NCBI GenBank assembly: GCA_964454175.1 | Contig: CAYVSA010000023.1 | Coordinates: 1-29,287 of the forward strand | Direction of reading: 5' to 3' | DNA: 29,287 nt | DNA from: an uncultured Pseudomonadota bacterium | GTDB lineage: Bacteria > BMS3Abin14 | Part shown: piece after piece, positions 1 through 9,046 of the stretch | How the letters are laid out: each line of letters starts with the position of its first letter | How positions within the stretch are numbered: the first letter of the stretch is position 1 | The notes under the pieces: generated by a model | Databases searched by the model: none | Told to the model about the DNA's origin: nothing | Seen by the model: only the letters and a program-made list of their open reading frames with translations | Translations under genes and position numbers: made by a program

Positions 1-1354
1 GGTGGAGCTTACCCATCCCGCTGAGTATTATCTGGCCGGGTTCTTCATCCTCTTTCACCACAAAGGTAGGGTCCTCTTCTGAGAGCAGGGCCAGCACTTC
101 CATCATTCTGTCGCTGTCTTTTGCAGACCTTGGCTCAATGGAGATAAAAATGACAGGTGCCGGAAATTGAAGTTTTTCCAGGATTATCGGGTTTTCTGGA
201 TCGCAGAGCGTATCACCCGTTCTGGCTTCTCTCAGGCCAACGAGGGCGACAATATCACCGGCAGTCATTTCCTTGATCTCTTCTCTTCTATTGGCGTGCA
301 TTCTCATTATCTTCATGGCCCTCTCCACCTTTTGGGTCCTGACGTTTTTCATCTTTGAACCCAGCTTGCAGGTGCCCGAGTACACCCTCAGGTAAAAGAG
401 GGTCGGCCTTCCTGGAAAAGTCATGATCTTGAATAAAAGCGCGCAGAAAGGCTCTTTGGGTGAATGATCCCTCGACAGTGCCTCTCCCGATTCCGAGTAC
501 CCGGTTACCGGCGGTACATCCAGTGGGGATGGAAGGTAATCTACAATAGCTTCCAGCAGCGGCTGTACGCCTTTTTTCTTCAGAGACGAACCATACAGAA
601 CAGGGTAAAATGCCCTCTGCAGGGTTCCCTTCCTGATTGCGCCGATAATCAGATCAACCCCGATTTCCTCCCCTTCCAGGTAAAGTTCCATTACCCTCTC
701 ATCAACTTCGGACAGTGTCTCAAGCAGTGATTCTCGAAGGGTCTTTACCTGATCAGCCATATCTTCAGGGATAGCTGCCTCTTCCGGCGTTTCGCCTTCT
801 TCATTCTCCCACGTTATGGCACGCATTCTAATCAGGTCAACTATGCCTTTAAATGCAGATTCGGTCCCTATGGGTACCTGAAGCGGGAGTGGATGAGCGT
901 CAAGAACGTTTGTCATTTCTTCATGTACTTTATTAGGATTAGTACCTATCCTATCCATTTTATTAATAAATACAATTCTTGGTACATGATAATTATCCGC
1001 CTGCCTCCAGACTTTCTCCGACTGGGGCTGTACGCCGGCAACTGCACAGAAAATAACTACTGCACCGTCAAGGATCCTCAGGGACCTCTCTACCTCCGCA
1101 GTGAAATCAACGTGCCCGGGTGTATCGATGACGTTGATGACATTGTCCCGCCACATGCAGGTTGTTGAAGCGGAGGTGATGGTAATGCCGCGGGCCTGCT
1201 CCTGGCGCATCCAGTCCATCTGTGCAGAACCTTCATCAACCTCACCCATTCGGTGGATCTTGCCCGTGTAGTACAGGATACGTTCTGTTGTAGTGGTTTT
1301 TCCCGCATCTATGTGGGCTATGACTCCGATATTTCTGAGGTTTGCCAGGGACAT
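1..1354 (-). CDS. fusA: Elongation factor G paralog, N-terminal ~451 codons (runs off the window; missing from the ORF track)
   Basis: Manual translation from ATG at 1354 (GGAG upstream): MSLANLRNIGVIAHIDAGKTTTTERILYYTGKIHRMGEVDEGSAQMDWMRQEQARGITITSA...DTPGHVDF...NKMD...EEDPTF...SGMGKLH. Contains the EF-G G1-G4 motifs and domain III. Confidence 0.95.
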   Translation of the reverse strand, partial: MSLANLRNIGVIAHIDAGKTTTTERILYYTGKIHRMGEVDEGSAQMDWMRQEQARGITITSASTTCMWRDNVINVIDTPGHVDFTAEVERSLRILDGAVVIFCAVAGVQPQSEKVWRQADNYHVPRIVFINKMDRIGTNPNKVHEEMTNVLDAHPLPLQVPIGTESAFKGIVDLIRMRAITWENEEGETPEEAAIPEDMADQVKTLRESLLETLSEVDERVMELYLEGEEIGVDLIIGAIRKGTLQRAFYPVLYGSSLKKKGVQPLLEAIVDYLPSPLDVPPVTGYSESGEALSRDHSPKEPFCALLFKIMTFPGRPTLFYLRVYSGTCKLGSKMKNVRTQKVERAMKIMRMHANRREEIKEMTAGDIVALVGLREARTGDTLCDPENPIILEKLQFPAPVIFISIEPRSAKDSDRMMEVLALLSEEDPTFVVKEDEEPGQIILSGMGKLH

Positions 1355-1499
1355 ACCAACTCCTGGAAAGCTATGGGCGAAATCCCGTCATCAAGTCCTG
1401 CAACTGTAGGCCTTCTTTCAGGGAAATACCGGTCCGCGTTAACTGCCTGTTTCAGGGCAATTGAGAGATATATGGCTGTCTGGGGCGGGTTATTAAAGA

Positions 1500-1579
1500 A
1501 GATTGAAGATTGGAGATTGAAAATCGATTTCAGGTCAGGCTCTCCGGATCATGCCAACTTTCAATTTCTAATATCCAAC
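1500..1579. repeat. Degenerate heptamer tracts in inverted arrangement
   Basis: agattga agattgg agattga aaatcga (1500-1527), followed by complementary-type tttcaat ttctaat atccaac (1559-1579). Confidence 0.55.
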
Positions 1580-1623
1580 CCTCCGAACCAATCCCACTAT
1601 TGGCCTTGTCTCTATAATAATAT

Positions 1624-1901
1624 TGACTTTTCACGACCCAGTAATAATACACGCCCGTCAAGTGCGCCCGAAGTAATGACTTATATATTCGCACCCGTGA
1701 TTGGTGCCCGAATTAAAGCCTTGTAATACAAGGCGCAGATTCGAAAGGAAAGGGGAAACCACGATTTTCCCTTTCCGCGGAGTGAAAAGCCGTTCTCGGA
1801 CTTTTCACGACAAGTAGCGAGATCACGAAAGGAAAGGGGAAACCACGATTTTCCCTTTCCGCGGAGTGAAAAGCCGTTCTCGGACTTTTCACGACCCTAT
1901 T
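1624..1901 (-). mobile_element. Rearranged/composite copy of the 152-bp MITE-like element, with an exact 70-bp direct repeat
   Basis: 1742-1811 and 1826-1895 are identical and separated by 14 bp. The reverse complement begins aatagggtcgtgaaaagtcc, as in the copies at 11283 and 19446. An extra terminus-like gacttttcacgaccc lies at 1625-1639. Confidence 0.8.
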
Positions 1902-2616
1902 AAAGATTATCCCTCGTTAAAACAAAATTGGAAACCACCTGGCCGTGAGAGCCAGGAGGACCAAACCTCTTGCCGTTTAGATCCAGGGAAATTCCGCCAG
2001 CGTTCCCTATATGAAGCATGATCCTGTCGCCTGCCTTGAGTTGTATTTCATCCCCTACCATCATGGTAGTCTCCCAGGGATCCGAATCATCTGTCTGGAT
2101 CCTGAGCCAGGTTCTCTCTATCGCATAGATCTTGAGGCTGAGGTCCGGGAGAGCCTTGGTCTCAGCAACATTCCCGGATACGCCATTTGTCACGCTTCCC
2201 GACTGCGATGAACTGTCCACTGCAGTCTGGGACTGCTCCCTCACGGTCTCTTTGCTGTCGGGCTTGCCAATAAGAAGCGCGCCCACACCGATGAGAAAAA
2301 GCAGTACGGCTGCTGCGAGACCGAAGGACAGATAGTTTCTCTTGTGTTGAGGAGTCTGTTCCAGTTCATCGTAGGTCTCTTCCGTGAAGCACTCGGTGAG
2401 TATCTCCAGGAATGCCTGGGGATCACTCCCCAGCTCAACACAAATAGACCGCACAAACCCGCTCACAAAGACTCTTCCAGGGATTTTTTCCAGTTCGCCT
2501 TCTTCCAGGAAAGCTATGTACCGTGAGCTTATTCTGGTACTGGCAGCAAGCTCCCTGCGGCTCAGACCTTTTTCAACACGCAGCTTACGGAGCCGCTCAC
2601 CTAAAACCGACCTCAT
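1900..2616 (-). CDS. rodZ: RodZ-family protein (HTH - transmembrane helix - DUF4115-like domain)
   Basis: N-terminal HTH (LGERLRKLRVEKGLS...TRISSRYIAFLEEG...PGRVFVSGFVRS), one TM helix, C-terminal 'TWLRIQTD...IGNAGGISLDLNG'. Lies directly downstream of a pilF-like gene. Confidence 0.85.
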   Translation of the reverse strand: MRSVLGERLRKLRVEKGLSRRELAASTRISSRYIAFLEEGELEKIPGRVFVSGFVRSICVELGSDPQAFLEILTECFTEETYDELEQTPQHKRNYLSFGLAAAVLLFLIGVGALLIGKPDSKETVREQSQTAVDSSSQSGSVTNGVSGNVAETKALPDLSLKIYAIERTWLRIQTDDSDPWETTMMVGDEIQLKAGDRIMLHIGNAGGISLDLNGKRFGPPGSHGQVVSNFVLTRDNL

Positions 2617-2622
2617 AATGCA

Positions 2623-3420
2623 TCACTCGATCAGGTCCAGATAGCCTCTGGCAAGCCCGGCAACTTCGCTGGTTCTATCTGCCAGGCGTAAAACAGCGTT
2701 GAACTCTTTCCGCGCCCCTGTCAGGTCCCTCAGTTTGTAGTACGTAATGCCGAGGTTCAATCTCGCACCGATGAATTTAGGGTAACGTCTGACCAGTTCT
2801 GACAAGGTTCTCTGGGCTTTTTCCAGATTTCCCTCTGTAAGGTAAACTTCGGATATCTTGTTTGATGTATCCGGTGAATCAGCCTTAATATCCAGCGCTC
2901 TTTTCAGGTAGTTCAAAGCCTGAGTGGAATCACCCTTCTTGAAGTAGGACCAGCCTATGATCGTAAGTGCCTTTTCAGGCGTCTGGTAGCCTATCTGGTC
3001 AAGGGCCTTGCTGCACGCCTGGATAGCCATGTCCCACTTTTCAAGCCTCACATAGGCAGCCCCAAGATTGTTATAGGCGTCGGCATGATGGGGATCCAGC
3101 TTGATCACCTCAATGAATTCAACTATGGCCCTGTCAGTCTGGCCCTTGTAGAGGAAGACTGTGCCCATTGCAAACCTGACTTTTGGATCAGCGGGCATCA
3201 GGCGGACAGCTTTGCTCAATTCGAAGTTAGCCATTTCAACGTTGCCCTTGGCCAGATAGGTTACCCCTATCTGGTAATGGAGATCACCTTCTCTACTGTC
3301 ATCCGCCTTCTTTTCAGGGTTTGATGCACAGGATATCAAAACCAGCATCGCTGCTGTAAAAGCGATCGTCAAAATGAGGGATCGTCCGAGTCTCAAATCA
3401 GTTCTCCTCATGGTCCACAC
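2623..3420 (-). CDS. TPR lipoprotein, PilF/PilW/Tgl-like type IV pilus secretin pilotin
   Basis: Signal peptide with lipobox LISC; multiple TPRs (AYNNLGAAY, ARLNLGITYY); 'YQTPEKA' segment typical of PilF-like proteins; adjacent to rodZ. Start may be ATG at 3411. Confidence 0.8.
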   Translation of the reverse strand: MWTMRRTDLRLGRSLILTIAFTAAMLVLISCASNPEKKADDSREGDLHYQIGVTYLAKGNVEMANFELSKAVRLMPADPKVRFAMGTVFLYKGQTDRAIVEFIEVIKLDPHHADAYNNLGAAYVRLEKWDMAIQACSKALDQIGYQTPEKALTIIGWSYFKKGDSTQALNYLKRALDIKADSPDTSNKISEVYLTEGNLEKAQRTLSELVRRYPKFIGARLNLGITYYKLRDLTGARKEFNAVLRLADRTSEVAGLARGYLDLIE

Positions 3421-3496
3421 TAACCTGGTTAATTACACCCAATTGTCCACCGAACCTGTGAGATCTGCTTTCTGGCTCCCGCTGAGCCGGTTATGG

Positions 3497-4348
3497 CTAG
3501 AATTTTGACAGGAACTTGAGCACTGCCTGCCCGTCAGACACTACTGCTTCAGTCTCTTGAGTATCTCCATCGGGGCTCACTGTTGATTCGCTGATCTCTT
3601 CGCTTTCACTGCCGACGGCTGCCTCCTGGTCAATTTCAGGTTCTTCATCCAGATCCGCCTCATCTTCCATGGGTCCTTCGTCAGCACCATTTTCGGATTC
3701 CTTCGATTTAAGGAAAGCCTTCTTCAGGAGTTCATCGAACTTCTCCTCGATAAATACAGCATCAGAGTCATCTTCTGAAATATCATCAAGCTCATCGTCT
3801 TCGTTATCATCATCTTCATCTTCCACATCAATAACGATCTGCTCAAGCGATGCTTCCGGCTCAGCTGCCTCTTCAATTATCTCCAACTCATCTTCCGGCA
3901 GTTCGTCCATGATGGCATCTTCAGTCAGTTCGACTACATCTTCAGGATCTTCCTCGGGTTCAGCGGCTTTATCAGAGGAGATCAGGTACTGGCCCTCAAG
4001 CCAGTTAGCTTTCTCCTGATCGTTCATTGCTTCCCAGCCGATGTCTTCAAGGATCACACCCATCTCCTCGACGAACTCCTTCGCCTCGGATTCGACATTG
4101 ATACGATCATCCCCCGGGAAGGGGTTGTTATCATATTCATAGATCGCCCGAGTTTCCGGTGCCACGAGATAAAATACGATGTACGTGCCCAGAGAGTCTT
4201 CAATTGAGCTGGTCGTTATGTAAACCTCGGCAGGCTCAGACGTAAAGTCGCCAATGGATACGTTGACCATATTCATGCCCCGGTAGACCTTGACGATACT
4301 ATCGCCGCTATACGGCAAATTCTGGGGGTCTTTAAGTGGATGGAACAT
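3497..4348 (-). CDS. Hypothetical protein: ~120-aa globular N-domain, long D/E-rich linker, C-terminal amphipathic helix
   Basis: 283-aa ORF with GAGGTG Shine-Dalgarno, in tandem with pilF-rodZ; ends VLKFLSKF. Confidence 0.8.
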   Translation of the reverse strand: MFHPLKDPQNLPYSGDSIVKVYRGMNMVNVSIGDFTSEPAEVYITTSSIEDSLGTYIVFYLVAPETRAIYEYDNNPFPGDDRINVESEAKEFVEEMGVILEDIGWEAMNDQEKANWLEGQYLISSDKAAEPEEDPEDVVELTEDAIMDELPEDELEIIEEAAEPEASLEQIVIDVEDEDDDNEDDELDDISEDDSDAVFIEEKFDELLKKAFLKSKESENGADEGPMEDEADLDEEPEIDQEAAVGSESEEISESTVSPDGDTQETEAVVSDGQAVLKFLSKF

Positions 4349-4378
4349 TTCTGCACCTCTTTGTTATTTCAACCTTCC

Positions 4379-4407
4379 CTTGTACCAAATGTCCCGATTT
4401 GGCGCAA
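4379..4407 (-). promoter_or_regulatory. Candidate sigma70 promoter for the hypothetical-pilF-rodZ unit
   Basis: TTGCGC-17 bp-TACAAG with a TG extension on the minus strand, about 30 bp upstream of the 4348 start. Confidence 0.35.
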
Positions 4408-4426
4408 GGCTGGTGTGTGAAGCGCC

Positions 4427-4454
4427 GTCCAAGGTCCAACGTCCAATGTCCAAC
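4427..4454. repeat. Heptamer tandem repeat (GTCCAAN)x4
   Basis: gtccaag gtccaac gtccaat gtccaac in the divergent intergenic region. Confidence 0.8.
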
Positions 4455-4545
4455 ATCGTGGGTTCCGATTTTCCATGCCCTGAACGACGTGATATGTTAG
4501 TTATACTCAACCTCAGGAGACAATTAACCATGAAGGAGGAAGTAC

Positions 4546-6162
4546 TTGGGCAAAGAGTGCGATATTCTCGTAATTGGCAGTGGTGTCGCTGGGTTGACGG
4601 TAGCTCTTAAGCTATCCCGGTTTGCTAATGTGGCGGTAATAACTAAAAAAGGTGCTGACGACACCGCTACCGCGCGGGCACAGGGCGGGATCGCTACTGT
4701 TATCGATTCAACCGATGATTTCAAATACCACATCAAGGACACTCTCGAGGCAGGCGCTGGTCTGTGCCATGAAGATGCTGTTGATATGATAGTCCGCGCC
4801 GGCCCCAGGTCCATTGGTGAGCTCGTTGACATTGGAGCCAGGTTCACCACCTCTGATGGAGACCATCTGGACCTGGGAAGGGAGGGAGGGCACTCTCACA
4901 GAAGGATCGTCCACGCTCAGGACATGACCGGCAAAGAGGTTCACCGGGTACTCCTGGAAACCGCCATGCAGAGCGCAAATATCGACCTTTACGAAAACCA
5001 CACCGCCCTGAACCTGGTAACAGACGAACAGGGCGTCATCACTGGTAATACCGGCAGCCGCTTCAAGGGGTGCTATGGCTGCTACGTCTATGACGGGGAA
5101 ACGGGTGAAATAATTCCATGGTCCGCTAAATCGGTAATCCTTGCGAGCGGAGGCACCGGAAAAGTATACCTTTACACCAGCAACCCGGACATCGCAACCG
5201 GCGCGGGTATAGCAATGGCATACCGGGCCGAGGCCAATATAGCCAACATGGAGTTCATCCAGTTCCACCCCACCTGCCTTTACCATCCTGCCGCAAAATC
5301 GTTCCTCATCAGCGAAGCTGTACGGGGTGAAGGGGCCATTTTAAGGACCCTTGACGGTATACCCTTCATGGAAAAGTACCACCGCTTGAAAGACCTTGCC
5401 CCCAGGGACGTTGTCGCCAGAGCGATTGACTCCGAGCTCAAGGCGCGGGGCGATGATCACGTACTTCTGGACATAACGCATCTGCCCGCACGCCAGATCA
5501 TCGACAGATTTCCGAATATTTACGAACAGTGCCTCCAGTTCGGCTTCGACATGACCAAGGAACCGCTGCCCGTGGTCCCGGCAGCACACTACCTCTGCGG
5601 TGGTGTAGTTACAGACCTCTGGGGACAAACCACTATCCCCGGCCTTTACGCATGCGGTGAAGTCGCCTGCACAGGCCTCCATGGCGCCAACAGGCTCGCC
5701 AGCAACTCCCTCCTCGAGTCCCTCGTGATGGCAAACAGAATTGCCGAAGATATAGAGAAAAACTGGAGCCGCATTTCCGCATTAAAGCTCCCCCGGATCC
5801 CCCGGTGGGACCCGGGAGACGCTGTTGATTCAGACGAAATGGTCATGGTGAAACACAACTGGGATGAGATCAGGAACACAATGTCCAACTACGTTGGAAT
5901 AGTCCGGTCAAACAAGCGCCTCGAACGTGCCGCCCACCGTATTGCCCTGTTAAAGCAGGAAGTCAACGAATATTACTGGAATTTCAGAATAACTCGAGGA
6001 CTCATCGAGCTGCGCAACCTCATTGACGTGGCAACAACCATCGTCAGGTGCGCTTCCATGAGAAAGGAAAGCCGCGGCCTTCACTATACCCTTGATTACC
6101 CTGAGACCTCAGAGAAACTGAGAGTTGACACGGTCATCAACAGAAAAGATGAGGAGAATTGA
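4546..6162 (+). CDS. nadB: L-aspartate oxidase
   Basis: FAD motif GSGVAGL, AQGGIA, REGGHSHRRIVH, QFHPT, SEAVRGEG, AHYLCGG, GLHGANRLASNSLLE, ESRGLHY. TTG start follows AAGGAGG. Confidence 0.96.
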   Translation: MGKECDILVIGSGVAGLTVALKLSRFANVAVITKKGADDTATARAQGGIATVIDSTDDFKYHIKDTLEAGAGLCHEDAVDMIVRAGPRSIGELVDIGARFTTSDGDHLDLGREGGHSHRRIVHAQDMTGKEVHRVLLETAMQSANIDLYENHTALNLVTDEQGVITGNTGSRFKGCYGCYVYDGETGEIIPWSAKSVILASGGTGKVYLYTSNPDIATGAGIAMAYRAEANIANMEFIQFHPTCLYHPAAKSFLISEAVRGEGAILRTLDGIPFMEKYHRLKDLAPRDVVARAIDSELKARGDDHVLLDITHLPARQIIDRFPNIYEQCLQFGFDMTKEPLPVVPAAHYLCGGVVTDLWGQTTIPGLYACGEVACTGLHGANRLASNSLLESLVMANRIAEDIEKNWSRISALKLPRIPRWDPGDAVDSDEMVMVKHNWDEIRNTMSNYVGIVRSNKRLERAAHRIALLKQEVNEYYWNFRITRGLIELRNLIDVATTIVRCASMRKESRGLHYTLDYPETSEKLRVDTVINRKDEEN

Positions 6163-6425
6163 TGAAGCGTCTTTCGGATCTGCGCGTCAGGATCGACATT
6201 CTGGACTGGAAGATCGCTGATCTTCTCCAGGAAAGGGCTGACATTGCACTGGAAACAGGGAAAGTTAAAACAGCCCTTGCCATGCCAATACGCGACGACG
6301 AACGCGAGGTAAAGATACTCGCTGCTGTTTCAAACTCCTCCGACGGGCCCCTTTCCAGCGAATCAATGAAGCGCATTTTCACCGCAATAATCGAGGAGTG
6401 CCGGACGCTTGAAGAATCGGACTAA
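6162..6425 (+). CDS. Chorismate mutase, AroQ/type II (stand-alone)
   Basis: LSDLRVRIDILD..IADLLQER..IA...GKVK......IRD..RE motif. ATG overlaps the nadB stop (TGATG), with GAGGAG upstream. Confidence 0.85.
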   Translation: MKRLSDLRVRIDILDWKIADLLQERADIALETGKVKTALAMPIRDDEREVKILAAVSNSSDGPLSSESMKRIFTAIIEECRTLEESD

Positions 6426-6428
6426 GAG

Positions 6429-6500
6429 GTCCGGGATCATGGATCCAAGGTCCAAGGTCTAAAATCCTGTATCAAACACGTTGGACTTTGGACGTTGGAC
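6429..6500. repeat. Inverted heptamer tracts between convergent genes
   Basis: atccaag gtccaag gtctaaa ... atcaaac ac gttggac tttggac gttggac; the two arms are mutually complementary. Confidence 0.75.
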
Positions 6501-6510
6501 CAGATCACCA

Positions 6511-8208
6511 TCAGTACTCCGCCGATTCGATCCTGCCCACCCCCCAAACCATCGGCAGTGCGGCAACCAATACGGAGACGATCACCGCGCCGGCTATCCC
6601 GAAGGCCGAGTCTGCTCCCGTCAGCGCAGTCATCCCCATCGGAGCCGCGAAGAATCTGTAAACCGGGGCAGCCAGGAACACTACGATGGACCCCACATAA
6701 ACAAGGCTGATAATCATCGTCGCTACCCCCCCCCCTGAGGCCGGTATCTGAGCCTCGTTCTCATAATTAAACCTCGGGAACACGGCCCCCAATCCCAGGT
6801 TCAATCCTACGAGAGCCACGGCCATGACTGCAGAAACCAGCCCGAACAGGGCCATGAGGTAAGGGTCCACCCCCATGACCAGGTTAGTGGCTGTCGTCAG
6901 AACGAGGGAGACAAGGACAATGGGCAGCGCCGCAAAAAGAAATTTTGCCAGAAATATCTTTTTCATCGAGACAGGGGCCGTAAGAGTTATCCAGATGCTC
7001 TGTCCTTCAAGACTGACGGCGGGAAAGACGAACCTTACGCACAGAGCGGATATAACGAAACCCGAGAGGGCGAGGTTGAGAAACGCCACAAGATTATTGT
7101 AAAAGAACCCGCCCATGGGGAAGTATCGTGCGTTGTAGACGTACAGTACGACAAGCGCCGCCAGGAGGAAAAGCTGTGTCCACCTGGCAGGGTCCCTGAT
7201 GAATACCAGATAATCCTTCGCCAGGTAGGCTCCGGTCACAGGGGAAAGCTTTGACGCTGCTGTTTCTGCCCTTGTCTGTCCCCGCCCCTTCTTCAGGGTC
7301 GATCCCTCTCCGGCAAATGAAAAGCCCCTGAAATAAAGGAACCTGTAAAACAGGTAGAAGACCAGGATACATGCGGCGCAGGTTGCTGCAAGTTTACCCA
7401 GATTCATCAAATAATCTCCCGACAGGGAGGGAGAGGACAGACTGACTACTGCCCGCGTTGCCCAGCTCGTGGGCATGAAAGGGGACTCCGGCACAGACAT
7501 GGCTTTCACGAAGTCCATAACCTCCTCGGTGGGCACATCCATAAACAAACGCTCGGGTCGACTCATTCTGAAGAGGATTATGATCAATGCACCAGCCGCC
7601 AGGCTGATGAAGGTCAGAGCCTGATGAACCCTGGAAGCAGGCAGGTACCTCATCAGGAGGATCGCCATGCACGAACCCAGTATCACAGGGATGAGTGTGA
7701 GCAGGATAAATACAGGCAGCCAGCCTGCCATGAAGCGAACTCCCAACTCAAGTTTCACACAGTAGGCCAGAAAGGGCGGAGTCCCGAATACGAATATCAT
7801 CCAGGCACTCTGGAAAAAGACGAGAAGGAATCTCTGGGTGATAAAGGCAGGTGGTGAGACAGGGGAGACAAGAAAAAAGGGTATTTCACGGCTCAAATAG
7901 TAACCTGAGATCGCCGATGTCATGGCAGAAAGAGCCAGGAGTCCGAAAAAAGACAGGAACAGGGTATGAATGAGCTGCTGGAGCATGAAGGCAGCAAGGA
8001 ATTCAAGCCTGACCTGGACCGCAGTGATAAGTTTCAGGAAAAAGAGGTAATCAAGCCAGAAGAAGATGCTGATGAGGGTAAGTACTGTTACCGCCCAGAC
8101 CCGCGATCGCGGGCCGCCGAAACGAAGAGAGTTAGAGGCTGCAGTCAGGCGATATGCCGCCAGGTGCCAGAGTGTGGGGAAGTACGCCCTTGATCTAACC
8201 GACCCCAA
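6511..8208 (-). CDS. Putative ABC-2-type exporter permease (multi-pass membrane protein)
   Basis: 565 aa with many hydrophobic helices and the motifs 'KDYLVFIRDP' and 'RFVFPAVSLEG..W....PV....I..AK'. Start overlaps the ATPase gene. Confidence 0.85.
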   Translation of the reverse strand: MGSVRSRAYFPTLWHLAAYRLTAASNSLRFGGPRSRVWAVTVLTLISIFFWLDYLFFLKLITAVQVRLEFLAAFMLQQLIHTLFLSFFGLLALSAMTSAISGYYLSREIPFFLVSPVSPPAFITQRFLLVFFQSAWMIFVFGTPPFLAYCVKLELGVRFMAGWLPVFILLTLIPVILGSCMAILLMRYLPASRVHQALTFISLAAGALIIILFRMSRPERLFMDVPTEEVMDFVKAMSVPESPFMPTSWATRAVVSLSSPSLSGDYLMNLGKLAATCAACILVFYLFYRFLYFRGFSFAGEGSTLKKGRGQTRAETAASKLSPVTGAYLAKDYLVFIRDPARWTQLFLLAALVVLYVYNARYFPMGGFFYNNLVAFLNLALSGFVISALCVRFVFPAVSLEGQSIWITLTAPVSMKKIFLAKFLFAALPIVLVSLVLTTATNLVMGVDPYLMALFGLVSAVMAVALVGLNLGLGAVFPRFNYENEAQIPASGGGVATMIISLVYVGSIVVFLAAPVYRFFAAPMGMTALTGADSAFGIAGAVIVSVLVAALPMVWGVGRIESAEY

Positions 8209-8935
8209 GGGATGTCTCCAGGGTCAGACGCAGGAATACCTCCTCCAGTCGGGAGCCTGGAATTTTTGCTCTGGAAGAGAGTTCTTCAACGTCTCCGACT
8301 CCGATGAGCCTGCCGTGGTGGATAATGCCGATCCTGTCGCAGATCTCCTCGGCAGTTGAGAGTTCGTGGGTGGTCAGAAATACAGTAGCCCCCCGGGATG
8401 CCAGTTCCCTGAATAGTCCCCTCACCTTGCGTGCCCCCAGCGGGTCGAGCCCCACCATGGGCTCGTCAACTATAATCACCTTCGGGTCGTGGAGCAGCGC
8501 CGCCGCCATGGCGAGCCTCTTTTTCATGCCGTGTGAGTAACTCTCAACAAGCTGATCTCCCCAATCAGACAGGTCGAAAAAAGACATCAGGCGCATGCTC
8601 TCGGAATTTACCACGGAACTTTCCATGCCGTAGAGCCGCCCGGAAAAACGGAGGAATTCATATCCGGTAAGCTTTTCGAACAGGTAGGGTGTGTCAGGGA
8701 TAAAACCCGTTACCGATTTTGCCTGCCGTGGGTTTTTGACAATATCGTGTCCGCCGATGGTGACGGACCCGGAAGTAGGCGGCGTAAGCCCGACCATCAC
8801 CCTGATGGTCGTTGTTTTGCCAGCTCCATTGGGTCCCAGGAATCCGAAGACCTCGCCCTTGGGAACTACCAGGTCAAGGCTGCTGACGGCCTCAAGATCC
8901 CCAAATTTTTTAGTGAGTGCCGCTATTTGTATCAT
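8195..8935 (-). CDS. ABC transporter ATP-binding protein
   Basis: Walker A GPNGAGKTT, signature YSHGM, Walker B IIVDEP, H-loop TTH. Confidence 0.95.
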   Translation of the reverse strand: MIQIAALTKKFGDLEAVSSLDLVVPKGEVFGFLGPNGAGKTTTIRVMVGLTPPTSGSVTIGGHDIVKNPRQAKSVTGFIPDTPYLFEKLTGYEFLRFSGRLYGMESSVVNSESMRLMSFFDLSDWGDQLVESYSHGMKKRLAMAAALLHDPKVIIVDEPMVGLDPLGARKVRGLFRELASRGATVFLTTHELSTAEEICDRIGIIHHGRLIGVGDVEELSSRAKIPGSRLEEVFLRLTLETSLGVG

Positions 8936-8970
8936 TTATAGTCATTCAATATCTGTTGTTGTTCAACATT

Positions 8971-8992
8971 GATAGTGTCGTAAAAAGTCATC
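8971..8992 (+). mobile_element. Solo terminus of the MITE-like family
   Basis: gatagtgtcgtaaaaagtcatc, preceded by AACATT, the same flank as the copy at 29241. No element body follows. Confidence 0.65.
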
Positions 8993-9046
8993 AACTTTCA
9001 ACGTCACAGATAACCGATGTGCCGCTCCATAAAATCGCTCTGCTGA

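Noticed and set aside
1372-1392. Six-codon uORF (MTGFRP) upstream of fusA
   Set aside because: Weak Shine-Dalgarno and no attenuator structure seen; expected by chance.
1253-1726. 157-aa plus-strand ORF
   Set aside because: Antisense to the fusA start and runs through repeat DNA; no protein-like features.
1742-1895. Possible mini CRISPR array (two palindromic direct repeats plus a spacer)
   Set aside because: The repeat is 70 bp with a 14-bp spacer, there are only two units and no cas genes, and the sequence belongs to the MITE-like family.
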